A stretch of 64,000 nucleotides of DNA. Origin: Octopus bimaculoides. Lineage: Eukaryota. Below, piece after piece: positions 13,615 to 26,781 of this stretch. Below the pieces are notes generated by a model. That model ran no database searches and was not told the origin of the DNA. It was given only the letters and a program-made list of their open reading frames with translations. A program made the translations under genes and the position numbers. The DNA is taken from positions 2,535,903-2,599,902 of the forward strand of contig NC_068988.1 in the NCBI RefSeq assembly GCF_001194135.2, given 5' to 3'. The first letter of the stretch is position 1, and every line of letters begins with the position of its first letter.

Positions 13615-14384
13615 GCACACACAGACACAGAGACACACACACATGCACACACATATATACATACATAAGTATATATATATTTATACACACACATTTATAC
13701 ACACACATGGATCAAGGATTTAAGGGATCCTGTGACACAAATGCAGTAATGTATGGTACTTCTTGTAGACATGGATTATCATGGATTGTGACTGGAGCCA
13801 TGCTGATGAATGTAATTTGCTTGAATTTAGGAAAGACGGCAGATTTGTGGAATGGGAATAAGAATGGAAAATATTCCATCATGGGTGGGGGTGACATGTA
13901 GAAGAAAGACACAAAAGATAAGAGAAAATATCTGATTCACAATAAATAATAAAACAAAATAACAGCTGCATGTTTTCAGTAGTTATAGCTGCCATCATTT
14001 TGTTTTTGATGGTTTCATAAATAACTGAGGGGTAAATGCATGCAAGAATGAGGGCCAAAAGAAACCAGAATGCTTCTCGGCTCCAGTTCATAAATTTCTT
14101 CTCTGCTGTCTTTTATAATTCCATTGAAAGTCAGGTTTGGTTCGATCCACAAACTCACAATAACCCATCTCAACATGTAGCACTATTCATTGCTCCCGAA
14201 GTCCTCCATGTTTTAGTATCTTCCTTTCAAATCCTCCTTCCATATTTCTGATTCCATTTTGCTTTCCAAAGATACTTTCATCTCAAAATCAGAACATTTC
14301 GTTTAGTCCACTCAGACGATTCTATAAAATCAGGATATTGTTTCATCAGATCTTTTAAAAAAACGAATTATATGTATCTATATT

Positions 14385-14445
<61 letters not shown>

Positions 14446-14840
14446 CAGTGTACATATAAATATGCATGTATAAATATATATATGAAGTCCCCAAGTTTTG
14501 TATTTCTATAGACACCACAAGCATTTTTTATCACCAAACTCACACACATATGCAGACAGTGGGAGGGGAGGGTGATACTATCAGAAGACATTGAAATCTT
14601 TGCAATCTCCAGTTGAGAGCTGATGAGAGAAGTGTCTTGAAGTTGTGCATGAATGTGTGTGCACACATTCACAAACAGATGCATCTGTATGAATTGTTGC
14701 ACACATACAATGCACACATAAGATGCACATACACAGAAACACATGTGTGCATCTGTGTGTGTGACTATATATATATTATGCATACAAATATACATGCATA
14801 TATATATAAGATCGGAAGNNNNNNNNNNNNNNNNNNNNNN

Positions 14841-14922
<82 letters not shown>

Positions 14923-15545
14923 CACACATATATATATGTATATATGCATATGTATATGTGTATATATATGTATATATATATGTTTGTACATATATATATA
15001 TATATATATATAAACAAGTATGTGCACATGCGAACACAAATGCATAGACTTATTTTCATACCTACACACATGTATGTATATATGCATGTACACATATATG
15101 AGGATAGTTCTTTACAAACATCTACATATGCACACCCCTAAACCCCCACACACACACTCACTCACTCTCTCACACAAGCACAGAGAATGTCTACAAGTAT
15201 TGGGGTTAGAGTCAGCACTTCAAGGAACGAACATGTGTTAATGAATAATAAGATTCTTAACGCTCACGTCTGAGACTTCATTGGAGCAATTATCTGAAAT
15301 GATACAAATTTCTTAGCAAACAAAACAATTTCATTTTGATCAAATGATCAATTACAGTTGAGATAAATATAACAGTTACTGTATTGTACTTATTGAACTC
15401 GTCGTTTATTAGTTCCAGAAATGAATACGATGTGAGAGATAAACTTTCTGCCTCCTGCACTTAGTAATCTCATTAGTAAAGGTATGTTCATATATCTATC
15501 TATATATATACATATACATATAAATATATATATATATATATATAC

Positions 15546-15588
<43 letters not shown>

Positions 15589-15912
15589 NNNNNNNNNNNN
15601 NNNNNNNNNNNNNNNNNNNNNNNNNNNNNNNNNNNNNNNNNNNNNNNNNNNNNNNNNNNNNNNNNNNNNNNNNNNNNNNNNNNNNNNNNNNNNNNNNNNN
15701 NNNNNNNNNNNNNNNNNNNNNNNNNNNNNNNNNNNNNNNNNNNNNNNNNNNNNNNNNNNNNNNNNNNNNNNNNNNNNNNNNNNNNNNNNNNNNNNNNNNN
15801 NNNNNNNNNNNNNNNNNNNNNNNNNNTATATATATATATGTATATATATATATATACACACACATATATATGTATATGCATACATATATATATATGCACA
15901 CATACATATAAA

Positions 15913-15952
<40 letters not shown>

Positions 15953-17456
15953 TGCAGCTATGAATGTGCGTGTGCGTACAGATACATATCAATATACAAA
16001 TATATATATATATCTAACTTTGTCTTTCTCTCTCTCTCTCTCTTTGCATACCTACATACCTACTTACATATACATTTATGTTTATATTTGCACACAAACA
16101 CATTCATACATACATTTATGCATATATTTACAACGAAAGTATGTATGTTGTGTGATTTTGAGCTGAAGAAAACTTGTCCAACTCCTGCTAACATGATCAA
16201 GCACCTGAGAGAGAATTATTTTGTTGTTGAAGATTACATGAAAGACACATATAAACATTCACACATTCATTTGTAGCTGTACACTCAATGAATTACTGAC
16301 TCCTGATTCACTTGGAGCATGTTATTGCTAACACTGTTCTGCTGAGAAACAGTATATACTACAAAAACCAGCAGTGCCCATCAACAGGGAAATTAATCTA
16401 TCCTAGTGAGGTCACTAAGATACAGTATGTTAGTGTGAACTTCAAACTATCGGCCACTGTGGTCCCAAATGCAACATCAACAACAGGGAATTTTTGTTTG
16501 TATGTATGTATGTATGTATATATGTATGTATGTCTATGTTAGTGAACTTCAAACTATCGGCCACTGTTGTCCCAACTGCAGCTGCTGGTAATATAATCCC
16601 TGTTTGCATATCGTGAGAGTATATTTTCCCTTCTGTGTGTTATCACAATGATTTGTTATTACTGAACCACGATTAAACCATCCAGCCATGTTTGATGCAC
16701 AAACAGATATATTACCTGACAGACACCAGCAAACTGGGTGTCATACCATCTGCTATACCTCTCTAATCTTACAGAATATCATCAGCCTGGCGCCAATATA
16801 CTGTCGCTTCTAATATGTGGTGTACAAAATGGAATCAACTGCTCCCATTGCCAAATAGTCTCCTGCTCCTGGACTGACCAATGAAGGCTTAAATATACTT
16901 ACCTAGATGCTGGGTTTTAAATTTCTTCTTAATTTCCTTCACTTTTAACTTCATATAGATCTGAAATGCTAAGTCAAGAGGAGTTGAGTCAACATGTTCT
17001 CAATGTGTGTGTGCATATGTATGTGTTTGTGTGTGTGTATGTGTGTATACATACATGTATATATGTATACATACATGTGCATATATATATATATATAGAC
17101 GGTTTAGATATAGATTCAAAGTTGAATATGGTACTTATGCATAGGCACCCGAATATCGCCTCCCAAAAGGATAGGTGATTAAAATCAAAAAATAAGCAAC
17201 ACGGATTTCAAAGGTGATTGCAGTACACACGTTTCATGCTACTTCAATTTATTTAAGTAATGCGAGCATTACCTTAAATGCAATATGAAGAGCAATCTTC
17301 AGCTGCACGAAAAATGCAGAAAAATCACTGTAGAAAAGACATATTATAAATGTGGCAACATTTCAAATCCAAGTGGGAGAGAGAATACATAAAAATCCAA
17401 ATGTGAGGAAGAATACATAAGTCCATCTTGACATAGCCGAGTCTATCAGGCTAGTG

Positions 17457-17518
<62 letters not shown>

Positions 17519-17701
17519 AATTCAAATAAACAAATAAAAATAGACGAGATGAGGACGCGCAGAAGAAATGTAGTAGCTTGATGCTTGGTGCAAGAAGAGA
17601 GTTTGACGTTTTAAGCATAGCTCTTCATTGGAGAGGAGAAAGGGAAAAGTGCAAAGCAGGAAAAGAATTACCAACGGCATGGGTGTTGTTACATTGCTGA
17701 A

Positions 17702-17735
<34 letters not shown>

Positions 17736-17764
17736 TACATATATGTATGTATATATGTGTGTGT

Positions 17765-17815
<51 letters not shown>

Positions 17816-18503
17816 CATACATACACACACACACATATGCCACAAAACCGCTGAAAACTAGACACCAATATTAGTAATTTTCCAAGCCTAATTAGGTTAC
17901 TTATGGTGAAACCAAAAGACTCCAAAAGAAACAATCCTTACAGACTATGAATTCCCAAACAGTTACCACTTTACAAGAATGACAGACAGTTCAGAATAAT
18001 AAGATATAAGAAATTCACAATTGAGCATAACATATGTGTATTCCCATCATCAGCTGTCTAAATGGATATCACTATAGTTTTGACACCTAGGCAATAAAAT
18101 TCAATTTAGCATAGGTAAATTGGTAGAATAATTAGAAAATCAAAGAAATACCTTGTGGTTTATGTCTGGATCTGTCTTGTTTGTGACATCCAACATAATT
18201 GAGGTCAACTTGGCTTTTTATTCTTCCACAATTGGTAAATAAGCCAAATCAACCAGAAGATAATTGATATCTTTTCCTTCTCTCTCCTCCGCTGTCCGTT
18301 CGTCCTCTTTCTCACTGACTTAGAACTGGTTACATTGCTCTGTGGGAGGGTCGTGGCAGACCATTCACAGTGTTCTGTGATGTTAGGAATGGATAAGAGG
18401 CTCAACTGGCATCAGTTAATCTCCAGTGTGTTTAGAAGTGTCATTGACACACCAACAGTTGTCAGTTGTAGAAGATGGTGATATAAACACAGGAGCATGT
18501 GTA

Positions 18504-18543
<40 letters not shown>

Positions 18544-18997
18544 CACATGTCTGTAAGCATGCGTGCACACACACACACTCAGAAATGTATGTATGAATGT
18601 ATGTATGGATAGATGCATCTGCATAAGCACATACAAATGTATATCTAAACTCACATGTATATACATACACAAGGGTATGCATACACACTCTTATACACAC
18701 ACATACACAAACACACAAAGATGAACAAAGTTAGTTAAATATTTCTATTTCTCTATCCATCTCTTTCTCATACATCTTCTCTCGCTTGCTCTGTACACAC
18801 CCTCATAGACATACATACATATATACATACATACATACATACAAACAAAAATTCCCTGTTGTTGATGTTGAAATTCCAATGAAGGAGCCTTGGATCTAGG
18901 TTAGAAACCGGCTCTTTCTTTATTGGCAAGAAATCTTGAAATAAAACTGAACAATGACATACATACATATGTACATACATATATACACACATACATA

Positions 18998-19167
18998 CGA
19001 CAGGCTTCTTTCAGTTTCCGTCTACGAAATTCACTCACAAGGCTTTGCTCAACACAAGGCTGTAGTAGAAGACACTTGCCCAAGATGCTGCACAATGGGA
19101 CTGAACCCAGAGTAATGTGGTTGGGTGGTTGGGAAGCAAGCTTCTTGCCACATTGCCATACTGGTGC
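18998..19167 (-). mobile_element. SINE family A, 5' half
   Basis: gacaggcttctttcagtttccgtcta...gggactgaaccc...aagcaagcttcttgccaca matches the family A head. Confidence 0.75.
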
Positions 19168-19618
19168 TTTCCACACAGCCAAGTTGTAGAAAAATAATGA
19201 GGAAAAAAATGTAAGAAAAAAAACAAAGCAAACAAAACTCAGAATAATGTTCTTTTTTGTTTTGTGCCATTCCCTGTCGTGTAAACTGGAAGGTAAACAT
19301 ATGGTCACTTAAAAATCTTACTTTAGGAAAAGTTTCACTGAGAAATGTGTAATTGCATGTGTACATTTGTCTAAGAGTGACTTAGTTATTATAGTTGTAT
19401 TTCCAATTAATTAAACAGAAATTTAATAATTTTCTGAAAGATAATAATGAAAAAAAAAAATAATAATAATAATTAGATGGCAAAGAAACATAGGAAAATA
19501 AAAGTAAAAAAATAATAACAAAAAAAAACAACAATAAATGCTTAAGTTTTTTTTTTATTTTGCATTGCCTGACTAGAAATTGGAATGTAAACATGGTAAT
19601 GTGAAAACTCTCACTGTT

Positions 19619-20608
19619 CACACACACACACACACACACGCACACATACACACACACATGCACTCACATTCACTCATGCTCACATGCGCATTCACATATG
19701 CTCATTTACGCACAAACACATACACATACATGCACACATTTACATATGTACATACAGACGCGCGCACACTCATATTCACATACATACACACATTTACATA
19801 TGTACATACACACACCCATATATTATACACACACACACACACTACACATACATACACACACACACATATACACATACACTCACATTCACTCATGCTCACA
19901 TGCACATTCACAATGCTCATTTACGCACACACACACATGCACATACATACACACACACACACACATTCACTTGCTCTCACATGCACACTCACACACGCAC
20001 ACACACACATACATGCACAAGGTATGTAAATATTTGAAAGTCTTTCACTGTAAAAGCAAATTCTAAGAACGTCAACACATTTGTGTTTTGCCATCAATCT
20101 ACAGTTTAAAAAAAGGGGGAGCTAACTCCCACTGGACACATTTTCAGAGTCTGTTGACCAATTGTCAGAGATGTTCTCCACTTTTTTTTCCCACCAAAAG
20201 TCTTGTAGATTCAGAAGCTATGTAAAGAAGAAAAATTTAGCTAGCACCGTAGGGGACAGACTAATTAGAATATGAGTGCTTTTGGCAGCTTGCCATTAGT
20301 TAAATAATATATATTCATGTAGAAAACAGTGNNNNNNNNNNACACACACACACACACACGCACACATACACACACACATGCACTCACATTCACTCATGCT
20401 CACATGCGCATTCACATATGCTCATTTACGCACAAACACATACACATACATGCACACATTTACATATGTACATACAGACGCGCGCACACTCATATTCACA
20501 TACATACACACATTTACATATGTACATACACACACCCATATATTATACACACACACACACACTACACATACATACACACACACACATATACACATACACT
20601 CACATTCA
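19619..20608. repeat. CA-rich low-complexity tract duplicated across gaps (19619-19888 approx. identical to 20342-20608)
   Basis: Near-identical ~270-bp blocks. The second lies between two N gaps. Confidence 0.8.
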
Positions 20609-21060
20609 NNNNNNNNNNNNNNNNNNNNNNNNNNNNNNNNNNNNNNNNNNNNNNNNNNNNNNNNNNNNNNNNNNNNNNNNNNNNNNNNNNNNNNNNNNNN
20701 NNNNNNNNNNNNNNNNNNNNNNNNNNNNNNNNNNNNNNNNNNNNNTATATATATATATATATATGTATATATATCGTTGAAATTTACAGAAAAGCAAATG
20801 ATGAAGACAGGTGTATGAACAACAAGCAGGTGTATTAGTTTAATGCTTGGGAAGGTGAGGAGGTCTTTTGCGTTTCAAGCCTATGCTCTTCAACAGAAAG
20901 AAACACGAGAAAATAAACAGGGAGAGAATAAAAAAACTTTTGGTGTTAGCATTCAATCATAAATATATATACATATATATGTGTATATATATGTGTATAT
21001 ATGTGTGTGTATATGTGTGTGTATGTGCATATGTAGAGATATGTATATATATATGTCTTT

Positions 21061-21270
21061 TATCATTTAACTTTTATCTTTCACTTGTTTCAGTCTTTGG
21101 ACTGTGGCCATGCTGTAGCACTGCCTTGAAAAACTTTTAATTGAATGACCTGACCCCAGGAGTATGTTTTAAATCTGGCTCTTACTCTATCAGATTCTTT
21201 TTAGCAAACCATTAAGTTAGAGGGATGTAAACACCACCAGGGCTTGTCAAGTGGTGGTGGGAGACACACA
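21061..21270 (-). mobile_element. SINE family A, 3' half
   Basis: ttgtttcagtctttggactgtggccatgctgtagcactgcc...gttgtcaagtggtggtgg-like tail. Confidence 0.65.
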
Positions 21271-21313
21271 CAAAAACACAAACACATACACACACACAGA
21301 CACACACACACAT

Positions 21314-21355
<42 letters not shown>

Positions 21356-21387
21356 ACATACACACACAATAACACACACGCACATAC

Positions 21388-21680
21388 ATATAAGGTATTC
21401 AGCTCATAAATGTAAAATCTTGAGTTTGATTCCCAGCAGTGTGTTGTGTTCTTGAGCAAGACACTTTACTTCATGTTGCTCCAGTCCAGCCAGTAGGCAA
21501 AAATGAGTAGTAACTGGATTTCAAAGGGGCCAGCCTTGTCACATTCTGTGTCATGCTGAATCTCCTATTCAGGGTATGCATGTCTATGGTATACTCAGCC
21601 CCCTGCATGTTAATTTCAAAAGATGGCTGTTCTGTTGATTGGGTCCACTGGAACCTCATCATTGCAATTGAGGGAGTACC
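21388..21680 (+). mobile_element. SINE family D
   Basis: GAGTTTGATTCCC (B-box-like), then TTGTGTTCTTGAGCAAGACACTT...GTTGCTCCAGTCC...GGCAAAAATGAGT and GCCTTGTCACATTCTGTGTC. Confidence 0.65.
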
Positions 21681-22669
21681 AGTGTATAGATTGAAGAAGG
21701 TCTGATGCTTGTTTTTACAGCTCAAGACACCATCTATGAAATTCCACAGAGGCTAATATTTAATCAGGTAATATAAAAAGGTGTTAGTCTTAAATGTTAA
21801 AAGGCTTCAAGCTACTCAATTCTTGAAAACAAAATACTGCAGTTAAGAGATGCTAAGACAACTCCTATGAGATAATCAAAAACAGTTCTGAGATAATACT
21901 TTTATTCTATAAAAGATAAACATTTGTTTCTAATTTGAAAAAGACTATTTATAAATTCAGTATTGTGTAATTGGTAACTTATTTAACTCTTAAAGTTAAG
22001 AGATATGTTGTTGAAATCTTGTCAAGTGTTAGTCTTGCAATCACAAATTAGTGATTACAAATGTATTGTTTATATATTAAGAATACTATCTACTAATAAT
22101 CTATTTATATTTTTTGGAATTAAATGTAATCCATTCAGTGAATAAAGAAGAGATATCTTATGATACTAGACATGAACAGAAGTCATTCTCTCTCTCTCAC
22201 ACACACTCTTTCACTCCTTTTCTCTGTGATAAGTGGCTGAGAGAAGACTTACAAGACAACTAAGAACAGTGGTAGCTGTTTCAATATAATATATAAACAT
22301 TTTCAGTTAATTCAAGAGATAAAACTTATAAATGCAATGTGATATAAATATTAGAATATTTACCAGACAAGGCAGACACACATTGGTGTGCTCTTGTTTG
22401 TTGATACCAATTCTTGGCTACAACTCAACTGGTGAAGTAAACACGCATGAAAATCTCTAATCATTATGAAATGCAGTGATTTAGAGCATCCTGTTTATAG
22501 GAAAATAATGGGGAAAGTTCTAAGGAAATAGTTGGTGAGAAATGGTTTTCTTTGTTTCTAGGCCTGGCTACAGTGTTATGAAGTTCGCTTCACAGTCATA
22601 AGGTTTTGAGTTCAGTCCCACTCAGTCATGTGTCTTCTACTTTAGCCATGGAAACCATGCAGACATTAA

Positions 22670-22734
<65 letters not shown>

Positions 22735-22927
22735 NNNNNNNNNNNNNNNNNNNNNNNNNNNNNNNNNNNNNNNNNNNNNNNNNNNNNNNNTATATAAGTA
22801 ACAACTGATGGACATGTATTAATCCATTACAGCTGTTTCTAACAAATTTTTTAATTGATTAACAAGTATATCATGTCATTATAAAAAACTGTTTTCTTCA
22901 GATGAATACAAAAATCTTACAATCAAG

Positions 22928-23052
22928 CACATTTAAAATAATTTAAAATAATTTAAAATCCATGGCAACATACATATTAAATGATTCTGCTGAGAATCAC
23001 AGAATATATATGACACTGTGGTTTTAAAATTATTTAAAATTATTTTAAGTGT
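22928..23052. repeat. Imperfect ~125-bp fold-back (MITE-like)
   Basis: The outer (TTTAAAATAA)n arms, the middle CATACATATT/AATATATATG and the central TGATTCT-GCTG-AGAATCA all pair around one centre. Confidence 0.6.
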
Positions 23053-23466
23053 CCTTGATTCTTGTATTCATTTGAAGAAAACAGTTTGTTATAATGATAT
23101 AATACACTTGTTAATCAATTAAGAAATTCGTTAAAAACGGCTGTAATGGATTAAAACCTGCCCTTCCATTGTTATTTATGTATTTTTAATTCACCTCTCT
23201 GAGATCATGCCCCTCACATGTTGTGAAGTATATTATGGACTGTATATTTGATAAAATGCACGTTGTCTGAATAGCGGAATAGCAGATTATGCACTCAGTC
23301 AGGTTAAGTTGACTGCATACATCACCTGAATATCATTCTGCCAGTACTTCTGTACCAAGATTGGTGTTCACAAATAAGAAAATTGTTGTGTGTGCAGTTC
23401 ATTCTGACTTAACCAGGTGCCTTAATTATAACTACCTTATTCTACTGAATCTTGCTTATATTATAT

Positions 23467-23513
<47 letters not shown>

Positions 23514-25330
23514 AAACACTTCAATGAAAAAGGAGAAAAATACATCAACACATTATTTATTATAACAGTCGATTATATTGTATATTTAATTTAAATCTGT
23601 CCTAAGCATGTTTCTGCTNNNNNNNNNNNNNNNNNNNNNNNNNNNNNNNNNNNNNNNNNNNNNNNNNNNNNNNNNNNNNNNNNNNNNNNNNNNNNNNNNN
23701 NNNNNNNNNNNNNNNNNNNNNNNNNNNNNNNNNNNNNNNNNNNNNNNNNNNNNNNNNNNNNNNNNNNNNNNNNNNNNNNNNNNNNNNNNNNNNNNNNNNN
23801 NNNNNNNNNNNNNNNNNNNNNNNNNNNNNNNNNNNNNNNNNNNNNNNNNNNNNNNNNNNNNNNNNNNNNNNNNNNNNNNNNNNNNNNNNNNNNNNNNNNN
23901 NNNNNNNNNNNNNNNNNNNNNNNNNNNNNNNNNNNNNNNNNNNNNNNNNNNNNNNNNNNNNNNNNNNNNNNNNNNNNNNNNNNNNNNNNNNNNNGCCTTA
24001 AAGGAAAATATTACAGAGACAGATGTGTACAATTAAGGGTCACAAAATGAAAAGGAATTTACATTTGGAAAACCATCCTCCAAGATATAGAATACAGAAC
24101 AAAGAATTATTTCATATGTGAAGTTTTACATATGAAGAATAATTGGAGAAGGATTATTACAAGAATAGGGGCAAACTAGATTATTGCATTAATATTTACC
24201 ATGCAAACTCTAGCACTACCAACCTTTGTCGTATTTTCTTAATCAAAAGTCTTTTTTAGGGAAATATTTTGAATGATTTCCTGTGAATGTGTGCACATGT
24301 TAGGGCAGATTCCTTATTGCTGTTTAAAAACTGGTATTTAGACGTGAAAATACGGAATATTTCTTCCAGGCATAAACAGCAGTTCTTGCCTTCTATTACA
24401 AGTATTATAATGACTTTAAAAATAAACCCCTTAAGAAAATGGATTGTTTTCATAAAATTAAGCCAACATCCAATGATACTAATGACCTTCACAAAAGAAT
24501 AAATAAATCAAAGACTATGCTGGGGTATAATGTTGTATTCGGTAACAAACGGATACTAACACTCCCGCAGACGATTGTGCAGCTCTGGATGGACATTTTC
24601 CCGAACCAAATAATTACAATAGAATCTTCAAGCAGCACACAACTACTTAGTGCAAATTATCACATTGCCTAATATTAGGTGCATCTCTAAATTTCATAAC
24701 AATATAAACTTTAATAAAGTAGATGATAAAGATAACAAACATAATGATAACCACTTTAAACATCGAGCTGAACAGGTAAAAAGACAATCTGGGAAGATTT
24801 TAAATACAGCACTTGCTGAGAATGCAAAGGAAACATAGAATCCTGGAGGTGGGCAGTGGAAGGGAGGCAACTGGTACTAAACTTTGACTAACCGAATGTG
24901 ATGAACTTTGAACAGAATAACATACAAATTCAGAAGTATAACTAAATGTAAACACTGGTAGATCTTTAGATAAAGATACGGAGGAGGTATCTAATTCCAA
25001 TCCCATTAGCGCAGGTAGAGTTTGGACCAATAAAAATCTTTGTAGCTGTGACAAAAACATTGATGCACAATGTTTGAGGAATGATATAGCGTAAAGGTTG
25101 TTGAATTAATTGTGGCATGCAGAGGTAGTCAGAACACCTGTTGTGTCTCTTTCTGCTGGCCACAGTTTCATAAACTCCAGTGCAGCTGTCCCTGTCATGT
25201 CTTGCAGCCTTTACAATGTTCATAGAGCATTGAGCAGCAGACATGATGTCAGCATTTTGACACTCAATTTCAATCATCCTGATACAAGTAAATCTTTTCC
25301 AATATTCAGATGGCTTCCAGTCCTCTTAAG

Positions 25331-25413
25331 TCAGCGAACTTTTTCCTCAACTACAACATTAGTCTTTATGCTCTCCAACACTGTTGACTTTTCACCAATA
25401 TATAAAGCAGTTC
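25331..25413 (-). CDS. Candidate terminal coding exon of an unidentified minus-strand gene
   Basis: Acceptor TTTTTTTTTCAG, then (G)TALYIGEKSTVLESIKTNVVVEEKVR*, followed by over 1 kb of non-repetitive sequence that could be 3' UTR. No homology recognised. Confidence 0.3.
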
Positions 25414-25450
25414 CTGAAAAAAAAAATGGAGACATAAAACATATATATAT

Positions 25451-25489
<39 letters not shown>

Positions 25490-25491
<2 letters not shown>

Positions 25492-25582
25492 TACACTCTC
25501 GGACTGGTTGCCATTAGGAAGGGCATCCAGTTGTAGAAACTCTGCCAAATCAAATTGAAGCCTGGTGTAGCCNNNNNNNNNN

Positions 25583-25615
<33 letters not shown>

Positions 25616-25680
25616 TCTCCTTTTTGACCAGTGCCGGTAAGCTGAGGGGCCAAACCAGACACCAGTCTGATTTGGCTGAG
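25490..25680. mobile_element. SINE-like family B pieces on both sides of a gap
   Basis: ATTAGGAAGGGCATCCAGTTGTAGAAACTCTGCCAAATCAAATTGAAGCCTGGTG lies before the gap, with family B-like sequence after it. Confidence 0.55.
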
Positions 25681-26781
25681 CCTTACAAAGAAGAACAGAG
25701 AGGATCAACATATATATGATGATAATGATGATGAAGATATATTTCTGACCCAGTCAATCAACAAGGCATTTGCTCAACAAAGGTAACTTCAGTAAAGAGC
25801 ATACATAACAGAAACACACAATTACGTTTAATCAGACATTCCTATACACACCAATCTAAGTCAGTGGATTTGTTACTGCTGCCTCATACTGTTGCTTCCA
25901 ATATGAGACATTGAGCATGTTTGTTACTTAATTCATTTAGATTTTTCATTAATAAAATATTGATAATATAAAATTGATTATATTTGAATTAAATTTTAAA
26001 CTTGTTCCAAAGAAGGAAAAAAATAACAACAGTAGCTAATTAATTTCTATAATTAATGGCATATTATGGCAGTTTTATGACCTATATTGAAAATGGAATG
26101 AATAAATCGTGTTTCCAGTGAATGATGTATTTGTTATATAATATAAATAACAGAAGCAAAACAGCTTAATATATGCATTTCTGTGAGAATGCACTTGTAC
26201 ATATATATGTGTGCATACATACACACACACATACATCCCCCCATACACACATCCATCCATCCATACATACATATAAACATATAGATATATGTATGTGTGT
26301 ATGTAATTATATATCAATTAATTAAAAAAATGAAATTTGCAACAGGTCATGCGTGTCTTGGTTTGATAGGTTTATTCACCAGCCTGTGTGGCAGGTCAAG
26401 CAAGAAGTAACTAGATTGGCATCAATTTACCATTCGATAGAAAAAAAAAATGAAGAAATTAAGTTGTTTACCAATTCTGTATTTATACAATATTCACAGA
26501 TATAAATGCATATTTTTACTGTTGCTTCTACGTTTAAAACTATGGATTAAGGTATGTTAGAATCTAATTAATATTTTTTACTTGTTTTTTTTTTTTTCCA
26601 AAGATTTTGCTTTATTGATTTGTATTAAAGTTTTAGTTTATCTAAGAATTCCAAATATTTGTTCTATTTGTATAAAATCTCTTCATTTTATTTGGTACAA
26701 GACAGTAAGCTTGTTTATTGTCATTTATTATTACAAATATATACAAAGCACAGCAAGCAGTAAAAATTATTTGCATGCTAG

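Noticed and set aside
14050-14200. FNGIIKDSREEIYELEPRS, reminiscent of an ADAM prodomain
   Set aside because: There are stops upstream in frame, no supporting splice sites and no other ADAM exons.
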